From assembly GCA_030265395.1 (NCBI GenBank), contig JARFYF010000094.1:70486981-70550980 (forward strand): 64,000 nucleotides of DNA, given 5' to 3'. Origin of the DNA: Rhina ancylostomus (lineage: Eukaryota). The translations under genes and the position numbers were made by a program. Positions 13,288-25,870 of this stretch are shown here, in pieces; within the stretch, counting starts at the first letter, position 1; every line of letters begins with the position of its first letter. The notes beneath the pieces were generated by a model that saw nothing but the letters and a program-made list of their open reading frames with translations, had not been told where the DNA came from and did no database searches.

Positions 13288-13513
13288 GACACGGGACACT
13301 TGTTTGGAGTCCAAGAGTCGAATGAACGACTGGGGTGCGCTGCCCCTTTAATAAACACCGTTCCTGCGCTGACGTCACGTGCAGATCACGTGACCTTCCC
13401 GCCCGCAGACTCCACTAGCCCACAAAGAAGGAGTGCCCCGCGCCATCTTGTGTCGGGGTCTCCGATGACGCTCGCAATCGTGGGAGCCAGTTTGTGAAAG
13501 GTAAGTTGCCACA
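13288..13513 (-). mobile_element. Probable young solo/partial LTR (Gypsy-like); alternatively a CpG-rich promoter
   Basis: About 18 CpGs in ~226 bp. The CpG-rich stretch stops just short of a ...CCACA end (minus strand begins TGTGGCAAC). Minus-strand order is YY1 (AAGATGGCG), GC box, E-boxes, CRE, then TATA-like TTTATTAAA. The other end is lost in an N gap. Confidence 0.55.
13347..13449. promoter_or_regulatory. Cluster of Pol II promoter motifs
   Basis: TGACGTCA 13370-13377, CACGTG 13376-13381, TCACGTGA 13386-13393, CCCGCCC 13398-13404, CGCCATCTT 13441-13449, TTTAATAAA 13347-13355. Confidence 0.6.
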
Positions 13514-14417
13514 CTATAGCCAACATTGTTTATATGCACATTATCCACTGACATAATCTATTGCATATAGCAAGGCTTCTTGGGTTGGTTAACCAGTTCC
13601 ATATTAGAGGATGCCAAGAACATCTTTTTGATTCAAGTGCTTTTATTGGCGTGAAGATGGCGTTGAAACAGTTAAAGTTTTCTCTTGCATCACTAACTTA
13701 AAAGAATACATGAGACTTAGAAAATGAACCCAAGACGTTCAAACCTCATTCCATTCATACTAACAAAATCAAAATCAGCAAATAGCCGCAGGCAGGTCAA
13801 CCTGTAAAAATATGTGCTTTGGAATTGGTGAAACCAATCACTTATGTGGCTAAGAGAGATGTCAGAAGGGACCTTTGCTGCAAAGGGAAAAACTGTTAGT
13901 TATTTATTTAAGTTTGGTTTAACTCAAGAGTGATGACAGGATTAGTCAGCAGAAATGCTTTGCTGTACATAGACCTGCTACAAAGTATGGCCCATTGATA
14001 CGCGCAGAATTCGGAGTCATATTTATATAGTATGATGTCGATTTTAGTCTGCTGCATCAGTGATATAATCTTTATAATGTCCATTTGCTCTGGGGATATA
14101 AGATCAATAGCTAGGATCTTCTATTCTCCAAAATACATGGTGCCACAGTAGAAGGATTTTCCATGGCAATTGTATGTTGGAATAATTCCCTGTGTTTAGT
14201 TATATGTATACTTTAGCTGCTGCTTTGATCTTGAACCCATTATTTAAATTTTTAATCTTTTTTTTCCACTTTTTGTCAGAGGGCCATACAACCATTTATT
14301 TCAGGCCCCCTCCCACCCCTTTTGGGGAAATGTGCACCCTGCCTATATTCATAACCCAACCCTCCATTGTTCCTCAGCCACCCTATTCTCTTGCTAAGCA
14401 AGATTTTAGTTGAAAAT

Positions 14418-14602
14418 CAAAAAAAAACTGCAGATGTTTGAATTCTGAAATAAAAATTGAAAAAGCTGGAAAAATTCAGCAGGTCAGTCTTTCTCCCATT
14501 TCTGATGAAGGGTCATCAACCTGAACCATTAATCTTTCTTCTCTTTATACTCCTTGACCTGCTGAGTATTTCCAACATTTTCTGTTTTTATTATAGATTT
14601 CC
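14418..14602. mobile_element. Penelope-derived inverted-repeat element (CUGAUGA subfamily)
   Basis: 'gctggaaaaattcagcaggtca' pairs with 'tgacctgctgagtatttccaac'; contains 'ctgatgaagggtcatcaacctgaacc' at 14502-14527. Confidence 0.8.
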
Positions 14603-14639
14603 ATTTTTCTTGGATGGGTCTGCTACTTTGTAGAGTGGC

Positions 14640-14843
14640 AAAACAAGAGACTGCGGATGCTGGAAACTGGAGCAAAATAAATATAAACTGTTGGAAGAAA
14701 TTAGGCAGCATCTGTGGAGGCAAAGAAATGGTTGACGTTTTGAGTCAAAATCTTGCATCAGGATTGGTGCAGGGTCTTGACTCAAAACATTGACCATCCC
14801 TGTGTCTCCATGGAGGCTGCCTGATCCACTGAGTTCTTCCAGC
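14640..14843. mobile_element. Penelope-derived inverted-repeat element (CUGAUGC subfamily)
   Basis: Long imperfect palindrome centred on 14761-14764: 'gttttgagtcaaaatcttgcatca-ggat-tggtgcagggtcttgactcaaaac'. Confidence 0.85.
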
Positions 14844-15388
14844 ATGACAACAACCTTTCCCTCAAAGTCAGCAAAACAAAAGAGGTGGGCAGTGCACATG
14901 CTCTTGTTTACATCAATGGTGCTGAGAATGTTGAGAGCTTCGAGTTCCTTGGAGTGAACATCGCCAATAGCCTGTCCTGGTCCAACCATGCTTCCTTGGT
15001 AAAGCAGCCAAGGTAATCAAAGACCCCACCCACCCTGAACATTCTCTCTTTTTCTCCCTCCCATCAGACAGAAGATACAAAAGCCTGAAAGCACATACCA
15101 CCAGGACCAAGGACAGCTTCTGTCCTGCAGTTGTAAGACTATTGAATGGTCTCTTAGTACAATACAATGGACTTTTAACATCACAATCTACCTCGTTATG
15201 GCCTTGCACCTTATTGTCTGCTTGTACTGCACTTTCTCTGTAATTGTAACACTTTATTCTGCATTCTGTTATTATTTTATCTTGTATGACCTCAATGCAC
15301 TGTTGTAATGGAATAATCTGAATGGATGACATGTAAAGTTTTTCACTGTACTTCAGTACATGTGACAATAATAAACCAATTTTCCAAT
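14844..15388 (+). mobile_element. Rex1/Babar LINE 3' portion with internal deletions
   Basis: DNNLSLKVSKTK..., FEFLGVNIANSLSWSNH, IKDPTHP...RRYKSLK..TRxKDSF, and tail 'tttcactgtacttcagtacatgtgacaataataaacc'. Confidence 0.9.
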
Positions 15389-15499
15389 TTACCAGCAGTT
15401 TATTTTTAATGATATTGAGTGGTTTTCTTGACATTCTCCAAAGAACTCATCAAGGCAACCATGATTGCCACCTTGCAAATTGCAATGCCAATAGCTCCA

Positions 15500-15735
15500 T
15501 CTTCCAATTTATGGACTGTATCAGCACAGCACATGCATTGAGAGCTAATCTCATCAACCTTCTCCCTTTGCTTCAGCCATTAGATTATCAATCACTGTCA
15601 CTTACAGCATCTTCCCTCCATTGTGTCCTTTCACATTAGCAAGGCATGTCATCTGTGATCAGATCATGGATGGCAAATACATTGGCATGCTGGCTTTGAC
15701 AGAAGTTTGACCTGAGGGTGATGACATCTGATACC
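15500..15735 (+). mobile_element. L2 LINE fragment (start of APE endonuclease)
   Basis: 'agcaaggcatgtcatctgtgatcagatcatggatg...atgctggctttgacagaagtttgacctgagggtgatgac' resembles L2 NK..I.D.I....ILALTETWL.GDD; heavily decayed. Confidence 0.5.
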
Positions 15736-18700
15736 TTTCAGTAGTTAAGTTGTTAGCAGTTTACAGATCGAGGTTTGGCAAGCTTGCATTCTGGCAAGCT
15801 TGGCGGTGGATTGCAAAATTTAACGACATATCAGCTTCAAGGTTTGCAATATGTCATTTAAAGGAAAATTATGTTGCCAAAAAAATGGATTAATTACTCA
15901 TGAAAGCATAGTACAGATCGTCGGTAACATTACTTGCTTTGCTGCTGAAGAAATGAAAGAACTTCTGCAGGCGGGACCCCAAAGAAGGATAAGCTACTTT
16001 CAGATAAAAAGACACAAGTATATAGTACAGATGAAGTCAAGAACCAAGGTGCTGCGTGCTTTGAACTTGCTTGTACCTGTCTGAAAAAGATACATTAGTT
16101 AGCCTGTATGATGAGAAAGTAGAGTTGGGTCTGCTTTTCACTTTTGCCTGCACTTCTTGTGGGAGTTAATAAATATGATAAACCAAAACTGAAAACATCC
16201 ATGACCTCTAAGAAGTAGCATTTAATTATCTTACATAATTATTGCTTTCCTTTGCTTTGGAGAATGTCAAGAAAACTACTCAATGTCAGTAAAAATAAAC
16301 TAAGGGGCAAATGAAGGCCAAATTTAAGAAAATGAAGATCATGAAATGCTTTACTGTACAGTAGTTCAGAATAACAAATCTTGAAGTTATATGTATTTAA
16401 AAGCTAAAATGTAGAAGGAATGGCAGTAAAATAGGACAAAAGTGTAGGTGCAAAGCTTAAAGAACTGAACGGATTACAATTTCCTGATTCTATTTGGGCA
16501 GATAGAGAAAATGTGTCATATGGTTCAAAAGTGAAAGAATTAAAAAGCTATAAAGACAATAAATGCACAAAAAGTTCAAAACTGTGTAGATTGAAAGATC
16601 TTCCAGGAATACAACAAATACTGAGAATGTAGTACTCAGGAAACTTTGGAATAGATTTCCTTGTATGCCAATGTAACTCTGTTCTGACAGTTTAGGTCTG
16701 TACATGGTAAAACAATAGGTTGAAATTAAATTCATAAAAATCTATGTTGTCAAAAGGATTTTTAATCATTTTATTGTTATTATTTTCATTTTGATTTTTT
16801 ATTCTTGCATGCACTGTATGCTCTTTATCATGACAGCATTTTAATGAATTTTTTCTCTCACTTTTTCTATGTTACTGTTTCTTTGTACTCCATTTCTCAA
16901 TTACATTGGTTAATTTGTTGCCATTTATAGTATGCCACTTACTCTGTTCAATCACCCAGCAACACCAACCCCACCACCCCTCCCCCCCCGACACACCCAC
17001 CACCATCCTAGCACTCCATTATGACTGAATGTTGAGTGCAAAGCGTTTTGCCATGCATTACCTATACCAGCAGTCAGACAAAAAGGGACCTTAGAGTGGT
17101 CAAGCACCAAGCTGTGAACGGGTAATAACTTTGAAGTTCTGTGTGAAGTGAAAATCAATATTTTCTCTTCGGAGCTAGCCCATGGCTATCCTGTCTTTCA
17201 TTAGAATTGTGCACAAGTACAACTCATCCTGACTGCAGAATTTCAGTCTGGGAATGGTTTCATTTACAATAAATTAAAAACGCTGCTTTTGGGAAAATTT
17301 GAATTTCATAGCAGACTGGCTCAACCTTTTATTATCTTTGTGCAGTATCTTCCTTTCAACCTGCCCTAATATTGATGCCAATTGTTTTTATTTTCTAAAT
17401 CTTTCACTTGCATCGGATTCATCCGAACCTTTGCTCACACATGCTGAATGAAAACAAACTTTAACAAAGGCGCACTTTCACTCTGCAAATATTTGTTTAA
17501 AGGACACAGTGGAATTTTCCCAATTTTTCAGTTGCCAAGTGTAGAGTCTGCCTCTTCAGGAAGGCTGCTGCCTTGAACTAAGAGTTATCACTTTAGACGG
17601 GAGAGGTGCAGAGCTCTCCTTGATTGAGAGGAAAAGCAAGTTTAGACACTTGTCACAAGAAAACATATACCTGTAGGCATTTCTGAGAACAGGGTTGAAC
17701 TCAGCTGTGAATCCTGGCAATGAAATAACCTGTAAATATTCAAGTCTAGAAATTGGACCCCCTTGCATAGATTTTATAATGTGAAGATNNNNNNNNNNNN
17801 NNNNNNNNNNNNNNNNNNNNNNNNNNNNNNNNNNNNNNNNNNNNNNNNNNNNNNNNNNNNNNNNNNNNNNNNNNNNNNNNNNNNNNNNGATTTTATAATG
17901 TGAAAATTGTGAATTAATGAGTTTTTCCATATGTTAGATTATGCTAGTCATTCTTTCTGGGTTATTGTTCAACCCTTGGGAAATTAGTCCAGACCTTTAG
18001 GAAGGCTGTTATTTGCCCAGCATCAGTTGCACAGCTAATGCTGACATAGTTAACAAAGTACACATTTCCTCCACTAGCCACATAAACTGGAGCTTCTGAG
18101 GGCAGCCTGCAATTTCTACTGTTCACTCACAAAAGGAATAGGAGCACTTTGTGCAGGATTTGGGAATGAGATGGCAATCAAAGGGTTTGCATTACCATAT
18201 CTCCCAGCCTCAATATCCTAAGATCAGCATTATGGAAAATTAGTCAATGTTTCTTCCTTCACAGATCACAGGCCTTTCCTTAAGATCAGTCATAAGTTGT
18301 GTACTTTGGTGACTGGTCCTTTGATCAGTTTCCAGAGGCTTGGCCACTCAGGATCCTTCCCTTTTGGAGGTGGAGGTTGGAATAGATGGGATCCAGATAA
18401 AAATAGAACACCGTGAAAAGCCCTCCATTTTCCCTTTTCTCTCACTACACTGTGGCTGCTATGGAGACAGTCCCTTAAGCACTGCCTCACTTCCTAGCCA
18501 TCAGCAAGGCAGCGGTGTGGCAGTTGTGAGTTCTTAACATAGATCCTGTCGAAAGCTCCACAGATCCCATTTCAGTGTGCTAAGTGGCATAGCATGACTT
18601 GACCTGCATTTTGGCCAACTTCACCAATTTTTGTGGAATGCTGAATAGGCATTAAGATGAGAAAAGGTCAAAAGAAATAGAGTTCTGAAGAGAGCTTTTG

Positions 18701-20172
18701 GAATTGAGCACAAATGATGAAAGTACTTTCTCATTTATGCAGTATTTTTGTGTATTTTTCAATGGCATTAATGTTTTATTAAGCAGATCTTCTAGATTTT
18801 TGGCAATTATTCTGAAAAGAACTTGCAGAGCTACTGTAAGTTGTATTGAGTAATAGCATAGTGTTGACAGGAGTTGAACTGGCATAGTTCAGTGCAGAGA
18901 CTATAAATCAGGAGGTGTCGGTTGCTGTCTTTGGCATTAGAGTCATATAGAGCTGGGCTCCTAATTGCACATTGGTGAAATTTCTAAGTTTTGGTTTTGA
19001 TCACTTTGAATGCTTCAGGTGTACCTGATTCAGGGATCTGATCAGTAAGTTTACAGGCTGCAATTTATTTTATTACCACTTCATTACAACTCAAAAATAA
19101 TAAATCCCCACTCTTTCTTTCTTATCTAAAATTGAAATCGAAACCTTTCAACAAACTTTAAGCTTTAACACAACCCTATGTACTAAATGTTTCAAACCAA
19201 GCTGGACCAGACGTAATGTGGTGCAATACATTGTCCAGATTCTCATCATTTTTATCATTATCATTGATGTGTCAGAGAGCTTTAGCAGTATAAATTCCAG
19301 CATATCTGTTTATTCCACTCTACAGAGCTTTGTCTGTCACCATTGTGTAGGTTTACTGATTACAGTTGGAGATGAGTACGCTATCCTATCTTTGTCAATG
19401 GTTGACTGGAATTTAGAAAATTTAATTCCGAAGCATTAATGGTTTTTGTGCTGTTTTCTTTTGGAAAGAAATGGATTTGAAGGTTTACTGTGCACAATTC
19501 ATGTAACAGTAACATGATTATGTTGGAATATTGCAGATCACTTAGGGGTTTAAATCCTTTTCATAGCACTATGGTTAATATATTCATTGAAAATTCATCT
19601 GAGCAGCACCTTAATACAGTCATCAAAAGGCTTCAGATCTGTGGGTTAACAACTGTTAAAACAGAACACCGAAAAACTTAACTGAAATAGAAATTTAAAA
19701 AACCTATGGATTCTAATGAAATAAATTAAGATTTATTTAGCCTTCCAGATTTGTACTTGCAAAACTCATCTGCATTGAGGTTTACAATTCTACTTCAGTA
19801 CTGGAAGCCTGTAAGATACAAATAACGTAAGTGGTGCAGAAGACAACTATATGTGCCACCGGTAAAAGAGGGCAATCTGAACGAATTGATAACTGTCAGT
19901 CTACATATTGAAGAAGAGCATATAAGATTTTGTATTAGAAATGGGCAAGGTTATTACAGTTGTGTGGATGTACAATTACTGCAGGAAGTGTGACATGAAG
20001 AATTTGGTTTCTTGGTTGAAGATAAATGAGGATTGTAATGAGATTTGTAGTACCAGTATAAGTTATTTTTTGTAACAAAGACTTAGTTGAACTTGGTAAA
20101 TCTGATAACCTGGAATTGAGATGGGTTTAATCACAAAATTCCTTCATATTATTGTATAGTACAGCTGTTGGC

Positions 20173-21410
20173 TTTAATTTATTCATGGATGTGGGAATCG
20201 GTGACAAGCTCATCATTTATACCAAGTCCTAATTGTCCTTGAAAAGTTAAAGGTGAGCTGCTGCCTTCACCCATTGTGATCTGAATGATACTCTCTTAGT
20301 GCTGTTGGACGGAAGTCCCGGTGAAAAATTAGAGAATATTAATGTCAGGAAGATGAGTAACTTGGAGGAGAAATTGAAGTTGGTGGCATTGATGTGAACC
20401 AGATGTCCTTGGCATTCCAGGTGGTAGTGTTGCTGAGCTTTGGAGATGTACTTGAAGAAAGACTTAGCAGAATGCTGCATTGAGGCTTGACTTCTAATTG
20501 GCCAGTAAATGTCATGTCACAAGTGTTAGGAGATGACCGCCTCCAACGAGAAAGAGAGGTGAACCACTGGTAAGCCCCAGCACACTGCAATGAGGATCTC
20601 CTGCAGTGATGTCTGGGGATGAAATGTTGATTCTCGACAACCACAACCATCTTCTTGAGCAGAAGGAATCAATTCAGTCAATATAGATCCGTATGATTCC
20701 TATTGACCCTAATTTTACCAGGATTTCTTGATGTCACATNNNNNNNNNNNNNNNNNNNNNNNNNNNNNNNNNNNNNNNNNNNNNNNNNNNNNNNNNNNNN
20801 NNNNNNNNNNNNNNNNNNNNNNNNNNNNNNNNNNNNNNNNNNNNNNNNNNNNNNNNNNNNNNNNNNNNNNNNNNNNGAAGCACAGTCAGCAACACTTCCT
20901 ATCACTGTGTTAATGATTGAGAGTAGATCATCTGAAGAATAATTTGATGGGTTTGATTTTGTTTTGCATTTTATGGGCCTGTATAAAGTTAACTGGGTAG
21001 ATGGCAGTGCTACAACTGTACTAGAGCAGCTTGGCTAATGGTACACCTATTCTGGAACACATCTCCAGCACCACAGCCAGGATACAGCCAGGGCTCATTG
21101 TCTTTGCTTCTGACAGTACACTCAGCCATCTCTTGATATCATGTGCAGTGAATCAAGATGACTGAAACCTAATTTCTCTAATGATGGGGTCTTTAGGAGC
21201 AATGTGCTCTTCCACTAACAAGGTTTAGGAAGCTGATGAGTCCTCCTTTACCTGTTATTTTTAACTTCCACACCATTTGTGACTGCAAAGAGCTACTAAT
21301 TTTAATCTGATCTGCTGAATGTGGGATTGCTTTGCTCTGTCTGTAGTATTGCCGCTTTCACTTCTTGACAGGCACTAGTCCTTTGCTGCAGCTTCACCAC
21401 ATCAATACCT
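20173..21410 (-). mobile_element. CR1/L2-group LINE (Crack/Daphne-like) relic, interrupted by a gap
   Basis: Starts with the family 3' end 'tttattcatggatgtggg...cctaattgtccttgaaaag'; shares blocks such as 'caaccatcttc' and 'tcatgtg.agtgaatcaa' with the 39.5, 41.3 and 51-53 kb copies. Confidence 0.75.
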
Positions 21411-22129
21411 CTTTTTTTTAAAGTTGCATAGATTAGCATCTAAACAACTTTTAGCTCAGGCACCAAGATGGTTTTATTGGGCAAGAACAATATGTAATAT
21501 CAATTTGTTTGGCTTCTCTGAGTGCAGAGGTCAGATTTTAAATTTTCCAGAAACTGAACCAAACAGACCACTTCCAAAAAATATTTCTGTGGACATTTCA
21601 GCTTGAATTAAAAGAACATTTACTCATTTTAGGGATTTTAAATCATGCAACGGCATGTGAATCCTGAAAAGGGGTCTTCCTAATACAGGTGTAAGGCTGC
21701 TTCAATGGAGTTAGGCTGGTCTTGAAATCTGTCCAAAATCAGTCCTCTTTGCATCAAATATGCATTACTTCATTTCCAGAGAAATAAAATAACTGACTGG
21801 AAATCTCGCTGTTATCTCACTTATTAAGTTAAAGCTTTTAATCAGCTCAAAAATTATTATGCATCCTGATTCTTAAAGTAATTGCACGTAAATAGTAAAG
21901 TATTACCACCTTACAGAACTGCATAACACAGGATTTTATTATTTTGATAGCTGAGGTATGTTAAAATTGAAGCAGCTGTGTATTTACAAAATAATGTTAT
22001 GATTACACTGTCATTAATGCTTCTGTGGTATGATGAAAATCGAGAACCAAGATTTTGTTCAAGTTAATTTTGCATTCCTTTTGAGTAGTTCTGATTTATC
22101 GCATGAAGAGATTAAAAAGAGGTCCCTGT

Positions 22130-22510
22130 CCTCCTCCAGTTTTCATTCCTAACTCTTCACTTACTGAAGCCAGTGATTCATTGTGAGTTACAATTTCACA
22201 AAACTGCCAAAATGCCTAATCTTCCCAAATGAGCCTGGACACTGAGATTCCTTTTCTGATCAGTATTATTTTAAGACCACCAGAGACTGAACTTAGATAA
22301 GCAGAAATTCTAGGCTTGAACATCAGTTGGTGATCCACCTGTATCTGAGCACAGAACTATTCACCGCCAGAGATTCCATACATGGACATACAGCAGGAAG
22401 CAACTGAACTGTGATCAGAAGTGAGAACTTTGAGAAACTTTTCCCTGGTCCACAGTGATGAAAGCCAATGATATTTCACCATCACAGCTGAAATTAGGTA
22501 AATGAGTTTA
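22130..22510 (-). mobile_element. Old tRNA-head SINE-like repeat (unnamed family), degenerate
   Basis: Weak colinear similarity to 25520-25870 ('ctgaagccagtga', 'gagcctggacac', 'cagcagg...gtgatcag'). Confidence 0.4.
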
Positions 22511-23664
22511 TAAGTTCACACTGCAAAGCATCTCTTTTAGCTGAAAAAGACATTCTTCTTACATATTTGCTTGGTATCTTGCATCAGTTAACTTTCTGCA
22601 ACTCTTGTTAGAGGAAGCAACAATAATTATTGAGATGCAAACCATAATTAGGTTCAAGCCATCAATACTGAAAAATCTGCTGGTGTGGCATTCCTTTCAC
22701 GGTGAATTTGACATGGACTTGGACATTAAACTTGATTTTTCCTGAATTTCACACAGGTTAATTTACATGATGGAGCTGATTATAAGCATTTACCCTCCAT
22801 TTTATGCAATTCCCACTCATTAATGCCCAGAGGAATGTAACTATGTTGTGGCCACAGTTTTAGGCTCCGTGGCTGAAGTTTCCCAGCTATAAAGTGAACT
22901 GTGACAAGTAGACAAGAAATTTTTTTTACAATGTTGGCAATGTTTCCAGAGGTTTCACAAATTTATTCTGTTGGCATGAACATCATCTAGGAATATTCTT
23001 CCTTTTGATATTCTCCCATTATGTGTTTTCCATAAACGTGGTCTTCATTAGAGTAATTGTAGTAAACTAGAAAGGATAAAGCTTTCAATTTGATTGAATC
23101 AGAAAGTCAAGTTTCACTTAAGAAAATACGCAAAAAATGTTAAAATATTACCACAGTGTTCAGCAGTAATATCTTGGATGAAACAGCATTTAAGCCTGAT
23201 CAACCCTTCTGCTTTTTGCACCTACTGTATGTGTTCCAAGATGGAATACTGTTCAGTAAAAGCAAACATTTGGTTCCTAATTTAACAGAGTCAAATAACC
23301 CTGAATTTAACATATTTTGTTGTAAGATAAATTGCATAGATCGTAATTGTTTCAAATATTGAAATTCATGTTTGTCCTTCTTACCCTTGAGATGATTATT
23401 ACTGCTTCCAATTTTCTATTACATAATATATCACAAAAACAATTTCCTGTGACACTCTTGTACAAAAATTGTGATGTGTTTGTTATAACAACATAGAGAT
23501 TTCAGGTTTTTTTTATCCTCACAGTTCATCTGTAGCTTTTGTGAACCTCTTATGCACCCATTTTGCATCTTTGTTACCTGCTGTTTATGTACAGAATAGC
23601 ACGGATTTAATGATTAATTCTAAATCATGGCAAGTCAAGCATTAAGAAATGGATGGCAATACCT

Positions 23665-24015
23665 CTTTCACCTCTGCCTGAATGTAATCCAGGTCTTGCT
23701 GCATGCAAGTATGGGCTGTTTGAGTTTCTGGTGTGTTGCAGGTGCAATCAAACAGAGTGCAATTGTCTACAAACATCCTTACATCAGATGTTTTTCATGG
23801 AAAGTAGGTGAATATTGTTGGACCTGGGATAATGACCTCTGAAATTCCTGCAGCAATGTCCTGAGGTTGAAGTAACTGACCTCCAACATTTAAAACTATC
23901 ATTTTTAAGAGGTATAACACCAGCCAGGGGAGAATTCCACATGGACTTTAGTTTTGCCAAGGTTACATGGTGTCTTTTGTCTCACGGGCAGTGATTTAAC
24001 CTTCTTTGATATTGA
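23665..24015 (-). mobile_element. Crack/Daphne-like LINE RT fragment
   Basis: 'cctgaatgtaatccaggtcttgctgcatg...tctacaaacatcc...gaaattcctgcagcaatgtcctgaggttga' is colinear with 39760-39980. Confidence 0.7.
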
Positions 24016-25519
24016 ACCAAGAAAGCAAAAGTAATAGCAAAATACTCATAATAGTGCCTTTGATTTGAAGATTAAGTCACCCAAAAATATGTTGTTTCAT
24101 AATTTACTGAACACTGAGGTAATATCTTGAAATTGTTAACCTTTTTTGCATATTTTCTTAAGTGAAACTTGACTCTCTGACTCAATCAAACTGAAAGCTT
24201 TAACTTTTCCAACAAGTTGCACAATTCATCAAAGATTCCACCTCAGTAGGTTTCAAAGTACATCACCCACTATAAGCAATCTGATTTCCTCTTCTCTTTC
24301 CTTTTAGAAACCTCATTGAAACCACATGCATACCTTACTCATGTTATCTAGTGACCTTTATTTTAAAAGGTGTTTTTCATTTAGTACTTCAACAGAAGTT
24401 TTTAGGAATGAATGTAAATCACCTCATATGTCTTTTAGATGTAACTTAGATATGTCATTTCCTCAAAAAATTGTCAGGAAAAAATAATGACCAGGTTAGC
24501 TGTTATTTATAAGCATGTTTTTGTATCTTCTATTTTGTTCTTAATAACTGGTTTGATTTATTTATCTGCTCACCATTGTGCCATCATCAGGTTATTATAC
24601 ACTGATATTACTTTTCCTTGGAATTAATTCATAAAGGAGGCACTCTCATGATAACATTTGAGATTGTAATGAGCTTTGATCCTGGGTGCACAAATTCTGC
24701 CATTTGTCTTTTTGTTCAAGGGAATGATAACTTTTAGTGTTATGTTGTATTTAATTTACTAAATGTGTAGCAAAGCCACATAAGGCAGAAGGCCCAGCTT
24801 CAATATGTAATCCAGACTGGGAAAGTAGATTGGGCTTCCACAGTCTAGGATCAGAGAGGGAAGAAGATTCATTGATGTTAATGCTATTGATTACCATACA
24901 ACCAAATCTGCAGAGAAATTCTGCTGTGTAGATATTGAAAAAGAACAATATAGGCTCAGAGACATGTGCAGAACTAGAGCATGAAAATTGGGCATTTGAA
25001 TATGGTCTAAGAGAGCCACAGAGGTCCATGAAACAAAGGAGTAAGCCAGTCATTTTCTCAATCCCATTTTGATATTGAGATCTTCTGAAACATGTCTACA
25101 TCAAGAAGAGGAAACAAAACTGGACACAGATAAATTTGCGTAACTAATTAAAGATCGTGTATCCACTATTGGAAGCATCCAATGTTGTCACCTATCCACT
25201 ATTCCTATCGTGAATTTAAAACTACCCACTACAATGTAAATGTAAATGGATGTGATTTATAACCTTTGAGTTACAGTGCTTCATAAGTAAAAAGCAACAA
25301 AGTTCCCAGGAGCCTTAAAATGTATCCGTTTACACTGTTGCTTAAAATTAATTGAGTAAAGAATTCAGTAAAATTAATTATGTAAAGAGGTAAAAAAGAT
25401 GTGCTTAATGTTGCACAATATTCCTTAGTGGGTTGTTTTCTATGCAGCTGAAGGTAGTGTGAATGCTAATTAAGTAACTGAACTCTGAAGATTCTCTTTA
25501 AATTAATTTTCCTTTTCCT

Positions 25520-25870
25520 TCAAACTGTCTCTATTTATATCTCTTTTCCTGGAGGCAGTGCTCATGCTGAAAACAGTACCAAAAGAATCTATAACCTTGT
25601 TCTACTATGCTCAAACAGCCATTATTTTTTAGATGCAATCCTGGAAAATATGTGTCAGTGGACTAGTTGATTGATCCTGTCCTCCCCTGCCATGTCTCCA
25701 GGCAGCATGTCCCAAATAGGTGATTAGGACCAGGAAATTCTAGACCAGTTTCTCCACTCAGCAATTTAGAGACATAAATACCAGCTTCAGTGGCCCTTAA
25801 CTGAGACAGAAGCAATTGTAACTTAGCACAGAGCAGGAATGAATCTGAGATCTTAGTGCCCAACAATGGG
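25520..25870 (-). mobile_element. Old tRNA-head SINE-like repeat (unnamed family)
   Basis: The end 'ctgagac...aacttagcacagagcaggaatgaatctgag' is complementary to the head-like 'caggtatgatctatggtctgtaatgaatttgctgatctcag' at 49771-49811. Confidence 0.5.

Noticed and set aside
13386-13393. TCACGTGA as a CLEAR element of a lysosomal gene promoter
   Set aside because: No downstream coding exons are recognisable and the segment has LTR-like features; one motif is insufficient.
14913-15434. 173-aa minus-strand ORF
   Set aside because: Antisense reading of a Rex1/Babar fragment.
17770-17905. Direct repeats flanking N gaps (gattttataatgtgaa; also ggagaattttaacctggaa at 55132/55251)
   Set aside because: Most likely unmerged contig overlaps, an assembly artefact, rather than TSDs.
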